64,000 bases of DNA from Chrysomallon squamiferum (lineage: Eukaryota; Animalia; Mollusca). Location of the stretch: positions 19,964,001 to 20,028,000 of the forward strand of contig CM022665.1 of the NCBI GenBank assembly GCA_012295275.1, written 5' to 3'. Made by a program: the position numbers and the translations under genes. Shown piece by piece: positions 1 through 14,185 of this stretch; within the stretch, counting starts at the first letter, position 1, and each line of letters begins with the position of its first letter. The notes beneath the pieces were generated by a model. It was not told the origin of the DNA. It searched no databases and was given only the letters and a program-made list of their open reading frames with translations.

Positions 1-290
1 ATAAGTGAAAAACAAATTGATATGTATTTGTATTAAAATAAGTGAAACATGTTAATATGTATTTGTATTAAAATAAATGAAACAAACTGATATGTGTTTC
101 TATTAAAATAAGTGAAACATGTTGATACATATTTGTATTAAAATAAATGAAACAAGTTCATACGTATTCGTATTAAAATAAGTGAAACAAGGTCACATAT
201 ATTTTTATTAAATGAAATAAGCTGATGTGTGTTTGTATTAAAATAGTTGTATTAAACAAGTTGATATAATGAAACACGTTGATATTGATA
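1..290. repeat. degenerate ~35 bp minisatellite
   Basis: tattaaaataa(g/a)tgaaaca recurs about every 35 nt. Confidence 0.85.
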
Positions 291-528
291 CAAAAAACAG
301 TATGTTGACTTTTAAACAATGATGTGTTAATGAACTTAAATATATTGATATATTAAACAGTATTAATGTATTAAAACAGATATTTTAAACTCTACAATAT
401 TTTAGATACATGAGCTATATTTGGTATTTTCAAATATTTATTTATTATTTATTTATATCATTTGCGATTTTATTCTTGTTTCCGCAATTATCAAGAATGC
501 TTATTTTGGTTAGAAGTTTATTTCCTTA

Positions 529-593
<65 letters not shown>

Positions 594-1199
594 TAATAAT
601 AATAAAATATAAAGAATAAAAAATAATTAAAAACCAAAAAATAAAAAATATAAAAAATAAAAAATAAAAGAAAGAAAGAAAACATTTGTCAAATTTTATT
701 TAAAAAAACTGTTATATCAAAATCAAATGTTAAAAATAAACATACATTTGTTCTATTAACATATACAATGAATTCTCAAACTTCATTTTTCAATTCAATT
801 TTTAATTCTTTTTTTTATTTTTATTTTTTTTTTATTTGCGAATTAAAAAGTTAAATATTCACGGAGTGAAATATGAAGCTAGCGTCTAATTGTCATTCGC
901 TATTCTGCGTCACATTGTTTTCAAATTTCGGTTGCTGTTTGTTTAGTATGGATGGCCCGTCTCGCTCATGATGCGATTAAAACGTCCATTTACAGCACCG
1001 TGTAATACGAGAGTGATGCGCACGAATACAGCCAGCTCGTTATCTCAGTAAATAAGTCGCGGGTTTTCTGTAATGGGGTAGGGTCGTCACAACTTCGTCA
1101 TAAGACGTTTTGTCAACGTCCACGTAGTCTTTAAACTGTGTTTTATTTATTATCTTACAGAATTTAAGTGTATCAATGTTTATGTATGTCTTTTTGCTT

Positions 1200-1219
1200 G
1201 CGTGTATCTGGTGTGTGTG

Positions 1220-1264
<45 letters not shown>

Positions 1265-1357
1265 GTATGTATGTATCTATGTATATATGTATGTATGTAT
1301 GTATATATATATATGTATGTATATGTATGTGTGTGTGTGTGTGTGTGTGTGTTGCGC

Positions 1358-1391
<34 letters not shown>

Positions 1392-1434
1392 TTATGTATG
1401 TATGTATGTATGTATATTTATATATGTATGTATT

Positions 1435-1500
<66 letters not shown>
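1200..1500. repeat. compound (TG)n/(TA)n/(TATG)n microsatellite
   Basis: Directly visible; produces spurious ORFs in several frames. Confidence 0.95.
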
Positions 1501-1503
<3 letters not shown>

Positions 1504-3383
1504 ATTGGTGGATATATGTACGTTTGAATGAATATATGTATGAACAAACAACACTGGTCATAAATTATTATGTGTCGTGTTTTTTCTTCTTATGTTTAAT
1601 AAATAATGTATCAGATTCTTAATAATTAATTTTAAAATCAAAACTGTTGTCTTCAAACAGCTGTTTTATTATATTGTTTTGTTCTTTTTTTTTTTTTTTT
1701 TTTTTCTTCCTCAGTGAGTCTTGTATAATTAAATTTATAAAAAATAAATATTTCTCAGTCTGAGATATCAAAACGTGAACATGGAAAAAAAAAAAAAAAA
1801 AAAAAAAAATTGCGGAGCTATCGTTAAAAAATTGAATTCTTCCGTCGACTTGGCTTTCATTAATTGTGAATGATAATTAGCAGAAACAATCAATCTGCAT
1901 AACTAAACATGACAGCAGCGGGGTGGGGTTCACATCAAAGACGTTGTTAAGACGTTGGCGTGGTGCGTCGTGTACATCAAAGTCGTGTTATCATTGTTAC
2001 TAATCGATTACACGGTCCGGTCCGAGTCTAGCCTTCACGTCAATTACGAATGACGGTTGTCCGTGCAGGGAGTGGACACCATGACACAGGTGACATCGCT
2101 CTGGAATTGATTTCTCGTCACAACAGGTTTTGTGAGAAATAAAACTTGACCAAACCTCAAAAAAAAAAAAAAAAAAAAAAATTGAAATGAAATTTGATCA
2201 GATCTCTACAAATTTTAAATAATGTTTTAAACGAAACTTTATTACATCACTAGAAATTTTAAATGGTGGGAAATAAATTTTTAAATAATATTATAATAAT
2301 ACGTATATAAAAGTAACAAATATAACTCATGAGTACTTATCTGTTTCTTACAGAAAATAATTGGAAGCGTATGTATTTGTGTTTTAGAATAATCTCTCTC
2401 TCTATCTCTATTTTTCTCTATTTCTCTCTCTTATTATCTCTCAGTCTGTCTTTCTGTCTGTCTCTCTGTTATGTCTGTCTTTCTGACTGTTTCTGTATTA
2501 CAACACACGGGCGCCTATCTGTCTGTCATAGGAATGGCTTGATCTTTTACAACTTCAATAACACACTTCGTGTCTGTTATCCCGAGCTGTGTATGTAATA
2601 CAACAGAGGTAAAGGGAGATTACTGCGGCGAGGAAGGGTGCGGAGTTCTGTGAGAACGGGTAGAGGAATGGGGCAGTGAAACACCTGCAACTCGACGAGT
2701 ACAAAGGAGGCCGAGTCTCGTGCGTTGCTAAGCTACACTTGAATCCAGGTAATCAGACATTGACACGAGGCAGGTGTGCTTCGTGGTCTCGTTTGTTACC
2801 GTTCACCGAGAGATTTATTAGAAATACCATAAAGTAGACTTTGCAATAGCGATACAGTAGTAAATGTTAATGAACGCCTCCTCATAACAATTGTAAAATG
2901 TGAAAATTTTGTCTGCCTTTTGTCGCCTGTCAAAGGTGAGGTGTTCAAATCACATGTGTGCGTTTCGTTCGGCCAATCTGCCAGGGTTTAGAGCAGTACT
3001 CGCTTTTCATTATGTTAACTTAGAGAGTATTTACAAAAAGCGTTTCTCTGATGACAAGAGAACTTTCTTGTTTGCCCCGTGTTCGCAGTCTAATACCTGA
3101 CAATTCTCAGTTGACTTTACAATTACGATAGTCTTCTGTAAGACCTCACATATCTTCATTCATATTCGTTTAGTTAACACGAAATTTTACAAATTTCTGC
3201 GACATACAGATTTAATACAAGCAAGTATTATCTGCTATAATATTATATTAATGCTAGTTTATTTAACATGAAATTTTACAGATATCTTGCACAGATATAA
3301 TACAAACATGTATTACCTACAACTGTCTGCTGCAATATTCACACAAATACTGCTTTATCGTAGTTATTTTTATGTTTTATTTT

Positions 3384-3422
<39 letters not shown>

Positions 3423-5195
3423 GGAAAAAAAAAACCAATTCACTTAGAAGACAAATCGCTGATTTTATCATTGTAAAAAGATAAGTAGCAAAAAATAGTT
3501 CGACTGTTTCATATCGTTTATTTTATAAGTTAATTAAGAAGAAAAAAAACCCACACCAAACAACAAGAACAACAACAATAAAAAAAATAAAAAATTAAAA
3601 TTAAAAATTAAAATAAATAAATAAATAAAAAAAACCCAGAAACCTCACACAACACATTAGACATTAGAAATAAACATTTAAACATCTAGACAAGAAAAAT
3701 AAAACCTAACCAGACGCACAGAAAGAGACGAATGAAGCTAGGTAGACGAACTGATATTACAGATTACATACATGATTCTTATGCAGACCCAACTCAAACC
3801 ACCATAAATTTGTAATCACCTTTCTTTATCAGTAACTTTGAATTTACATCATTTGGCAGATCTGAATATTCATACCGAACACCATTCCGCGTACAAATCA
3901 CTCATTTCAAATGCAATTTTCTTGCCACAATAATTTTATTTTGTGACAACAGTTTCATTTTTTTCTCACCTCCCACGGGCCTGCGACAATAAACGTGTTT
4001 GGCGATATTAAACTGTACAAGTAAATATTGGAAATTATTTCACTCTAATCTTCTTACATCGAGGAATCATGAGCAGGGAAGCGTGCAGTCGACATTGCAA
4101 ATCCCCAAATGTACATTTATTTGTTGTGCGGCGTGGGAACTGCAGTGATCTTAGCAGAGCAAATGTTCTCCAAACCAACCACTGAAATTACACCTCTCCA
4201 CGTGAACACCAAACAACGTAGAAAAAATGTCCACAGAAACTAAATTTCAAAAACCTGATTCCTAGTTTACAAACATTCGTTTTATACTTTAATTTTCAAA
4301 TACACACAAAGAAAAGTTTTGCTCTAATACGAAATCACGACTAGAGATTTTGTAATAAAGTTTAAACCTGCCACTGTGAAATGAATTTGCTAATTTACAT
4401 ATCTACGTTAATTTACTATTGCGTTATTACATTTCTCTTTCTTTTCTTCCTAGTGTATTTCTGCTTCATATATTTATTTATTTATTTATTTATAATGAAG
4501 AAATATACCACAAAAGAAGAAAAGAAAGAGAAATGTATGTTAGTAACGCATAAATTTATTGGCAGTATAATTAAATTATTTTTTTAAAATATATATTTCA
4601 TCTATTTCAAATTAATTAATATAAATATTATACATATATCCTCTGCGTGTTTTTGAACACTCTTTGTACACGTGTATATATATTTTAACTCACATAAATG
4701 AACAAATCGGTATTAGTTAAGTCAGAAAACGTTGAAGTAAAGAAGTGAATTTTAACTAAGTGAAAAATCACTGAAGTAAAGTCTAAGAAAGACAAAAAAC
4801 AAATAACACACAACTGGTTGCCAGTGCCTGGAGATGATCACGTGATTCAGGTGTTACAGGTAGCAAAATTACCCGTGATTGCCTGAGTGTGAGATGTAAA
4901 CATATATGTATGTTCATCATTCACATTAGACATGCACACATACACACAAAATAATAAATAAATAAATAAATAAATAAATAAGTAAATAAATAAATAAATA
5001 AAATAATAAAAAATAAAAATAACAACTAAAAACCCCAGCTAATATTGCAATAATATTTAACTAAGAGTCAGCTTAATAAATATTTCTATTATACTGTAAA
5101 TATTAAAAATACGAGAGTGTGAAAAATTATAATATTTAAGCCATTGTCAATATAGCAAAGAGCTCTCGCTTTGTGTGTATCTCTCTGTCTATGAG

Positions 5196-5284
<89 letters not shown>

Positions 5285-6359
5285 CGCTCGCTCGCTCTCT
5301 GTTTCAATTTAATCAATAGTTTAGTGCTGATAATGTAACAAAGCTGACGCTGTTTAGTTTTCTCTGTAGTAGTTCATGTTTTAACAATGACGTAGTTGTA
5401 GAAATATAATGTCGTTAGCGTTGATGAAACTCGTGAGAACAGTCTGTTTCAGCACATTTTACAGTTACTTTCACTATTCACAAGTCTCTCAGGAGATATC
5501 AACATCTCGCGATGGTGTCGTGGTAGTGATATCATCATCATCACCGGTGTTGCTGTCATGTTTCTCCAGGATGAAAGTGAAAGTAGAGTTGGTAAAAACA
5601 AATAACTGATCTGTTTGTCTGAGGCTAATAATAAACAAAATTAACAACTGATTAAAAACATTTAATATTGCAGGTCTCTGTGTAAACTTTGTTATATCCA
5701 ACAAATGACTCAGACAACAACAGTAAATCAAACTTTTTTTAAGACTGTTAAAAGTAAATTTCCTGCAGTTCATTAACATAACACAAACAACAAGAAATAA
5801 TTTCTAATACTGATACAAATTTAACAACATTTTTAAATACATCGTCAAAATTTCTTTTTCCTCAACCTGTTAAAATACTGCTGCTGTAGCAAAACTTTTT
5901 TTTTCTAAGTCTGGTAATAGTAAGATTCCAACAGAAGCAACGACAGATACGTTGTAAGACTGATAACAATAAAAACTTGAAGAGTTTTCATGTACACAGA
6001 CATCACAATATATCATCACATATCACTTGCATCATCTCTTCTACAAACATTTCAACATTCCAGCAATAGTTCAAATCACACATCAAAGACATTTCTATAT
6101 CTCAGATTTTTTACCATCAGTATACTGTTGTGATATATTTTATCTGTTGATAAAAGAAGATATGGATATTATAAATACTGCTGTTTTCACTGATTAAATG
6201 CATCTGCAATACAATCACATTATTTTTGTATTTATATTTTATATTATTACCACAATTTTAAAATTACGATTGTTTACTACTGAAGACGTACAAAGTTACG
6301 ATTGTTTATCACTGATAACGAACATTACGAGTGTGCATAGCTAGAAACTACAAGATCGT

Positions 6360-7118
6360 AAACTCTACTTTGTAGCTGTAATTTGTAGTGTTGTAACGTT
6401 CTCTGTTGTGAGTATGTTAATAGAAACTGCAATATAGTAGTAAACTGTACTTTGTAACTGCAATTTGTAGTAAACTTTGTAACTGCAATTTGTAGTTTTG
6501 TAACCTTCTCTGTTTTGTTATTAGAAACCTTCTCTTTGTAACTGCTGTGAGTATGTTATTAGAAACTGCAATATAGTAGTAAACTGTACTTTGAAACTGT
6601 AATTTGTAGTTTTGTAACGTTCTCTGTTGTTTGTTATTAGAAACAATATAGTAGTAAACTGTACTTTGTAACTGTAATTTGTAGTTTTGTAACGTTCTCT
6701 GTTGTGAGTATGTTATTAGAAACTGCAATATAGTAGTAAACTGTACTTTGAAACTGTAATTTGTAGTTTTGTAACGTTCTCTGTTGTGAGTATGTTATTA
6801 GAAACTGCAATATAATAGTAAACTGTACTTTGTAACTGTAATTTGTAGTTTTGTAACGTTCTCTGTTGTGAGTATGTTATTAGAAACTGCAATATAGTAG
6901 TAAACTGTACTTTGAAACTGCAATTTGTAGTTTTGTAACGTTCTCTGTTGTGAGTATGTTATTAGAAACTGCAATATAGTAGTAAACTGTACTTTGTAAC
7001 TGCAATTTGTAGTTTTGTAACGTTCTCTGCTGCGAGTATGTTATTAGAAACTGCAATATAGTAGTAAACTGTACTTTGTAACTGTAATTTGTAGTTTTGT
7101 AACGTGCTCTGCTGCGAG
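6360..7118. repeat. 82 bp tandem minisatellite, ~9 units, mostly high identity
   Basis: Unit gtatgttattagaaactgcaatatagtagtaaactgtactttg(t/a)aactg(t/c)aatttgtagttttgtaacgttctctgttgtga; period 82 (6711 to 6793). Confidence 0.95.
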
Positions 7119-7651
7119 TGCACACAGAAGCAGATGTGAGGTGGACTGCTCCTCTCTGCAAACACTCGAGTCTCTAATGGGGTTTAATGAAGGGCGGGGC
7201 ACAATGGATTCCAGTGTGAATTGTGAACATGTTTGCAGAAGACACAACCACTGACAAAGAACACAAAAACCTATATGAAAGATTTTCTTGTGACACGTCC
7301 AGTCACACTGTGTGCTGTTCACTAGAGTACATAAAAATAAATATTTCTACGTTATTAAAACTAACTCCAAGTAATTCTAGATCAAACAACTACGTCACGA
7401 GCTCTCGTTGTTCAGCTAATCACAGACTTAGATCTGAAATCACTTCTCTGTATAAAACTGTGTTTTATATCGTATAGAGTTGTATCTCTATATTAATCCC
7501 AAACAGTATGTTTTTACTATTTTTATTTTATATAAATGCTACTATACATTTGTGTCATTCATACTAAAATGCTGTACAGTATGATAATGTAATATACATG
7601 CATTATATTCTATTATTATTATTGTTGTTGTAGTAGTAGTAGTAGTAGTTG

Positions 7652-7689
<38 letters not shown>

Positions 7690-10600
7690 GTTTTAAAATA
7701 CTTGTGTAAACAATGAATATTTGAGAATGCAAAACTGTTACAGTTTTTTCACAGTTAGAAAAGATGAAACCCGTTCCTCCGCATAATTATTACTCTATCA
7801 AACTGTCATTTCACAAAATAACAACGTAACGTAGTGAAAACACAACGTACGATGCGCACGACGTCCATGCATTATTACATCATCACGACGACTTGACAAC
7901 TTCTTGACTGCGTGGAGGATGCAAACATCCCTCCGTTGTAGCAACTACAAAGACACCAACAAGACGTTTATCATGGGTATTGTGATAACTCGAGATATCA
8001 TAGTGCATAAAATCAACAACACTATGTTGTCAAGTACTACAACAACGACTACATTGACTGCGTCCTCTCAGCGGCCTCGTTGGGAGCACAAAGCGAGACT
8101 TGAGAGATATAAAAGTTATTACTTTCTGGAGGGCTCGCAGGCCCGACTCCCCTTTCACTCGATCATTTGTCACAGGCGAAAAGAGAAATTTTAAACAATA
8201 TAAAAGGGAAACACTTTTGTTGATACAGAGCAGTGATGCGTTGTTTTCATGGCCAGGGAAAGGAGAAAGTGTTTTATTTGTGTTAAATGATTCACAAACA
8301 GCAAGTATATGGTTTTGACCCGTAGTGGAAGTTTTATCGAATGTTAAAAACACGTTTTATCCGTCTTTCATTCATACACGCTCACAGATCCATCACGTCT
8401 CTCCGCTCACGCCTCGATTCAGATTATCTGTTTCTCGATGACGAGCGGTCAAAGATTAACCAACAGTATTACGCCAGTGACGCCCACATCGCGTGATTGA
8501 CAGGTGATTTGTCAGCCTGTCAATACACCCCGCCCCCTCCTTCCCGAGACGTGATAGTGTGATCTGAAAACGAAACACTTAAATTTTATCACAGGGACGG
8601 CAGATATCAACAGCGTTTCGGCAAACATCTTTACTTTTTAAATTCATCGTACGAATTAGTTTAAAATATTTTAAGTTGTGAAGTTTATTAATATTAAACA
8701 TTTGTGTGACGGATTCTGTGGGCTTGTTTGTTATCTTTCAGTGACTGACTCGCACAGGATATTTTCAAGTATTCTTTTTCATCATGTCAGTGAAAACAGA
8801 TTAACGTGATTTCAGTGAAGATAGATTATCGAGATCTCAGTGAAATCAGACTATGTGAGTTAATTTAGGTAGATGTGAAAACAGATTATTATGATCTGAG
8901 TAAAACAGTTTGTAGGAGGAGATTAAGCTGTGACGGATTACTGGGACACACAGACACACAGACACACGTGTAGTCATACAGGTATAAGTGGTGTGACATC
9001 TGTTGTTATTAACACGCTGATTTTTCACACTTTTTATTCCTTTCAGATTTTCTAGAATCATTTTATCATAAGTCACTGGTAATTACGTTTTCACTTTGCA
9101 GAATTACTTTGCTGCATATAATCTTTTAATTAACAGAAGTAATTGTTATTTTATTAAATTGATCTTCACTTTATTTATTTATTTATTTGCTTATTTATTT
9201 ATTTATTTATTTATTTTCTAATTTATTTATTTATTTGTTTGTTTGTTTGTTTGTTTGTTTGTTTGTTTATTTATTTATTTATTTATTTATTTAATTATTT
9301 GAGGTATAAAACATCAGACTGTTAACACATTTTAAAAACATCTACAAGCAGGACGTGTATAAAAATGAAAGTACAAAAGTCTGGTATGAGACACTTGTGT
9401 TGTAGAGCGCGCATTGTCACTCTGTATGTCACTTTGTTTACAACTCTGATACAAGTCAGTTCTGTGTTTGGGTGGTCCGCCGGCTTTTTCACACACACTG
9501 CTTTGTTATCTATAGAAATTCAAATCAAACTCTCACCTCAATGATTCAGTCATCAATAAAACTGTCATTGATAAATATCCCAATCCAGACATCTCTCAGC
9601 GACAGAAGTTTTAAACAGGTGTTGGTCCGAGTTTCCGTTCTGTTCCGAAATAATGAAAATTAACTTTTATTTTTATACAGACGTGAAAGTCATTAAGAAA
9701 ATAATGCTTAACTCTCCTTTCTCTCCTACTCCCCCTGCCCCTCCTTCTCCTCCTGCTCCTCCTTCTTCTTCTTAAATCACGTTTTAATTTGTTTTAATTT
9801 ATATATTATTTTCATATTTTACACATTATTAAGTAAGTCACTCATCTCTGTTATTATTATTATTATTATTATTATCGTTATTATATTTAAAAAGTTTTAT
9901 TTCAGTTATTCAAGAATTACACCATAAAATCGGAACATAACACAGAATTGTCACGCGCACCTAAATTTAATATTTTAATTTTTATCTAAATGAACGAAGT
10001 TCTAAAGGCTACAGAAATTGTTTTGAAATATTTGTCGAAGTTGAAACTGAGCTGGTGTTAATAAAATGACTAAATCTTGTTTAACAAACATCTTGATTTG
10101 GCTGACACGTGAGATAGATTATTTATTTATTGTCGATTTTAATGAAATAATCCTGTGAATTAATTTTACCCAAATTTTATTAATTATTTAAAAAAAACAC
10201 CTTCTACTTTTTTAAATTCCATGTTTCTAATCAGTTTACAGAAAAAGAAAGAAAAATATTTATACGAAGAAGTAATAACGTAATATTGCTACAAACGTAT
10301 TTATTTATTCGTGTTAAAATAACAGAAATGTAAGTAAACATATGAATAAATGTAAATATGTGAAATACTCAGCAACATTTTATTTGAAAAGACACCAGTG
10401 TGCTTAAAAACTAATGAATCTATAGTTATTTGTTTTATTAGCATAGTATATATTTATATAATTTTATACTGTAAGTTTGCCCGACACGATAAAGTTCTAC
10501 TCCGAATTATACGTTTTACTGTTTCTTCTAAAATAAACTGAAATAGGGTAAAAAATGTTTCTATTATTAGAAAAAAAAATGGTTATCAAAGTTTTTCTTA

Positions 10601-10759
10601 CGTTGTGTTAAAGAGTGATGCATTTTTTATTAGTTAAAAAGAAAGAAAGAAAAAAGATTTATTTTAAAAGTCTCGTATTACACTTTGATGTTAATTATAG
10701 ATGTTGCGAATTTTGTGAAAATGTGTGTAAAAAAAAAAAAAAAACAAAAACCGAGACAA

Positions 10760-11325
10760 TATTAAAGTTTAAAACATTCTATAAGATGTTTTAAAGCTAC
10801 TGATTAAAATGTTTTAAAGTTAATATTAAAATATTTTAATATTCTAAAGTTAATTCTAATATGTTTATGGATGTTTTAGAGATAATATTAACATGTTTTA
10901 ATAGGTTCTAAAATTATTACTAAGATGTTTAAATATCTTTTAGAGTTAATGTTTAAATGTTTAAGATATTTCAGAGATAATCAAAATGTTCTAATATGGC
11001 ATAAAATTAACTTTTAAAATCTTTAGGATGTTTAAGTGTAAATGTTAAAATTATGAAAAATTTTAAACTTTATTCTAACCAATGTTTTCACATATTCTAA
11101 AGTTAATCTTCAAATGTTTTAAAGATGTTTTAGAGTTAAAAGATATGCAAATTTTCGTTTGCTCGTATTCATATTAAAATGTTTAAAAGTAAAAAATTAA
11201 AACAGTTAATATTAAGATATTTTAGTTAATACTGAGGTATATTAAAGTTAATACAAAGATTAAAAGTTAATATTAAGATATTTTAAAGTTAATACAAAGA
11301 TTAAAAGTTAATATTAAGATGTTTT
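10760..11325. repeat. degenerate AT-rich tandem repeat abutting the candidate UTR exon acceptor
   Basis: Recurring ttaaaagttaatattaagat(a/g)ttt motifs. Confidence 0.7.
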
Positions 11326-11334
11326 TTATTACAG

Positions 11335-11400
11335 ACAGGACGGCGGAGAAGACGGGAGTGGAGTGACCAACGATACAGATCTCACAGAAAAACATGAACG
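11335..11400 (+). other. sim: candidate 5' UTR exon of sim
   Basis: Purine/GC-rich 66-nt island in extremely AT-rich DNA, bounded by gttttttattacag| and a strong donor ACG|GTGAGT. The ATG exon begins with an acceptor, which implies an upstream exon. Confidence 0.6.
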
Positions 11401-11450
11401 GTGAGTTTAACATCGTCATCATCAGCAACAGTAACAACTATTGTAACAGT

Positions 11451-11483
<33 letters not shown>

Positions 11484-13340
11484 AATAATAATAATAATAT
11501 TTAATATTGTCTCGTTTTCACAAAAATATTATTATTATTATTATTATTATTATCTAAATTAGTGAATGTGCATGAATCGAAATTGACTTACCATATGTGA
11601 TTATAGTTCAGTATTTAAAATATTCAGTTAAACATATTTTAAAAACAATGTTAAAACAATTAAATAACTTTATTTAGATGTATTGTAATATAATTTATTT
11701 AATTATGCAGAATATTGAGCAACAACAATAACAACAGTAACCACAACAACATCAGTAATAAGAACTATCGCAACAACAACAACAACAACAATAATAATAA
11801 TAATGTCATAATTACGTTGAATTTACATTTTTCACTAACAAAAATGACTTCACAATGTTAATATTTGTCATTACATAGATACAAAAATAACAAACAGTTT
11901 ATGTAGTTACGTATTAAAATTAATTAACACTGTAAATTAAGTAAGAAAGTAGTTTAATTACGTATAAACTTCTCGCTGTAGACTCGGGCGCTTTGATTAC
12001 AAATAACAATTTCACGGAGATTTATTATGGAAATGTTCTCTTTGTAAACGTTGTTCTGTGATAGAGGTTATCTCAAAGTTAATAAATTTATTCTGTGTGT
12101 CGCGCTCTCAGATAACAAACTTTAATATTACTTGAGATTTCACACCTTTTTGTAAACAGTTCACTTGTCTTTGTACTGCTACTTCTTGTAATAACCAGCT
12201 TTATTTTATTTACTTTTATTTTATCATAAGCCTTTCTTTTTCCAAACGTTCATCTTCATTTCTTCTTTCTCTCTTTCTCTAATTCATTATTTTAAATCTT
12301 TTATTCATTTTTTCTTTATTTAAAATGTTTATTTCATTCTTTCTTTATTACAAATTTTGCTTTCATTCTTTCCTTATTTTCAGTTTTCCGTTCATGCTTT
12401 CTTTATTTAATTTGTTCGTTCATTCTTTCTTCTTTCTTTCTTTCTTTCTTTCATTCATTCATTTTTTTTTTCATTCTTTCTTTCTTTGAGAATAATTATA
12501 TAAATCCGACCTAAGCTGACAATAAAGTTATCAAAAACAGAGTATCATAACAAAATCTGGGAGGTAATCACAGAACACGTTTAATCCTCAACCCGCTAAC
12601 CCCCCCCCTGCCTTCTAGTGACGACTTGTCTGTGAGCGAAGTATAAATATTATTATATAAGACGGAGAGAGGAACAAGAAGTGATAATAACAAGTTACTG
12701 AAATAATATCTAAAACAAACTGAGGATTAACGACAGGCGGAACATCAAAGACAGACTTGATGTTAACTCGAAAATATCATCTTAACTTCGATAACTGCTA
12801 ATTCGCGTTTCTAATCTCCAGCCCTGAAAACATTTCCACTTTGAAATGACTCCCGAAGAGAAGTGTATCAACAACATGCAAATTTCTTCAATACTTTTAC
12901 AAAAGAATTTTAGTTACGTGTTGACACTGCCGTCGTAGATGTCATGGCGTTGTCGTTGCCACATTGTCTGTTGATGAAAAAATGTCAGGCTCATTGCGCG
13001 CTGCACCTGGCGGCGAAGTGAAACATTTAAAGAATTTTTTGTCGGTGGAGAAGTCATTGTACGAGAGTTTTAATAAACTGTTTACTTAGTTAGCGGATTA
13101 CAGTCTCTACAACTACAGCAACGCCGCCGCGCCGCTCTACCAGCTCTCTGTACTACACGTTCAGAGTGTGACGTCTTTCACGTTGATCTATTTATATTTA
13201 CACAATTAAAATATTTATATTTTGTATTTTAATTATTATGTCTTTTAATTTATTTTATTTACTGTAACAATCGCTTCGCAATATGCTGGCACACACACAC
13301 AGACATACACACCCACACACATACACGCACACACAAACAA

Positions 13341-13380
<40 letters not shown>

Positions 13381-13393
13381 GTATGTATGTATG

Positions 13394-13428
<35 letters not shown>

Positions 13429-14004
13429 GTACATATATATATATATATATATATACATATTATGTTACGTAATTGATTACTACACATAAAAATATCAACA
13501 AAGATATTAATTTATTATCTAAACACACTTATTTACACATAAACTTTACAAACTGAAATAAAGAGAGAAACTAATCAAGTTTTAATTAGTAACAAACGGA
13601 GTCGACTATTTTGTATAATTTTTACATCTCTATTTATAACTTGATATTTGATCTGTCTACGAAACTAACAACCTACAAGTAACTTTATACCGTTCACCGT
13701 CTTCATTAACATATAAACATAATTAAAAGATATGCAAATTAGCTTGCACGTGCATGAGAACGTGACAAAAGGTCACAGACAGTATTTTCCGGTGATCGGC
13801 TCACTAGACATTTTTACCTGGCTATTCAGGTAGACGATGTTTTTTAAGAGTGGTCAAGTGTTTACCTGTTCACATCAAGTGTTTTGTGAGACAACAGTAT
13901 CTTAACTACGTCATAACGATGCTGGAGGTAATACTGTTTTAACTACAATATAAACCCACTAAAAATAAATAACCAAGTAGGTAAGTAAATAAATAAATAA
14001 ATTA

Positions 14005-14041
<37 letters not shown>

Positions 14042-14149
14042 TTGATGAAATAAATTACACATACACACATCATAATCAATAATATTAAAATTGTAAACTT
14101 TCGCTGTGTTTAATTTATTTTAGTCGTTCTTTTAATTTTTTTTATTCCC

Positions 14150-14185
<36 letters not shown>

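Noticed and set aside
2600-2748. Purine-rich segment ending in CCAG|GTAATC as a possible upstream exon
   Set aside because: The donor is only moderate and there is no clear acceptor or promoter evidence, so it cannot be supported without transcripts.
6360-7118. Regular repeats superficially like a CRISPR array
   Set aside because: The units are contiguous with no unique spacers, the context is eukaryotic, and there are no cas genes. The same applies to the other minisatellites.
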